Made by a program: the position numbers and the translations under genes. A stretch of 64,000 bases of DNA, from the NCBI GenBank assembly GCA_013265495.1, contig MU060312.1:4136181-4200180 (forward strand). Direction: 5' to 3'. The stretch's first letter is position 1; each line of letters begins with the position of its first letter. The DNA is from Vicugna vicugna. Taxonomy: Eukaryota. Under the pieces are notes generated by a model, which was not told the origin of the DNA, searched no databases, and saw only the letters and a program-made list of their open reading frames with translations. Below, piece by piece: positions 63,861 to 64,000 of the stretch.

Positions 63861-64000
63861 GCAAGTTCTTTTAAACAGTTGTGATGTAAGTATAGTTTCT
63901 AAGTTCATACCATAAAGAGCTAACTAAATGGGCTTTAATATCTATTCTGGTTCTTAAATTCTGTGCTTTATTGTTTCCTATAAATTCCTTTAAAACACAT

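Larger units (their letters stand above)
1..64000 (+). other. ARID1B: ARID1B transcription unit (partial); window is intronic apart from two coding exons; intron 6671-29873 is 23,203 nt
   Basis: Two consecutive ARID1B coding exons on the + strand, in the expected order and in frame; no other recognisable gene in the window. Confidence 0.95.

Noticed and set aside
1-64000. Recursive splice sites (strong polypyrimidine tract followed by AG|GTRAG)
   Set aside because: Candidates near 5811, 13712 and 29038 have weak tracts or weak reconstituted donors.
29985-64000. An alternative ARID1B exon I recall encoding VEVLASEDAAFGLK, and the next constitutive exon (DLSGSIDDL...)
   Set aside because: Neither coding sequence was found by eye; they are presumably downstream of the window.
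1-64000. CRISPR arrays, rRNA, tRNA genes, prokaryotic operons or defence systems
   Set aside because: The sequence is mammalian intron; there are no regularly spaced repeat-spacer arrays or structural RNA genes.

Overview
Mammalian genomic DNA with four short N-runs, lying entirely inside the ARID1B gene (BAF/SWI-SNF subunit, + strand). Two coding exons can be read directly. Exon 6521-6670 is 150 nt ([16 protein letters not shown]...RYQPQQ). Exon 29874-29984 is 111 nt ([37 protein letters not shown]) and is absent from the ORF track. Both have canonical AG/GT sites and phase 0-0, and they are separated by a 23,203-nt intron. The rest is intron carrying old mammalian repeats (L1M, L2, CR1/L3, MIR, MER5A, MER3, MLT1, MLT2) and younger cetartiodactyl-type L1 3' ends. 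Those L1 ends, together with no recognisable Alu, Bov-A, PRE-1 or Can-SINE copies, suggest an artiodactyl, most likely a camelid (inference). I found no evidence of a new multi-gene system. The most striking unexplained structure is a ~380-bp, ~99% identical inverted repeat (16558-16935 / 17760-18141) in non-repeat intronic DNA with diverged flanks. Other candidates are compact transcription-factor motif clusters, a perfect RFX X-box between assembly gaps, CpG micro-patches and several cryptic or poison exon architectures. Repeat family calls and most repeat boundaries come from by-eye recall of consensus sequences and are approximate.
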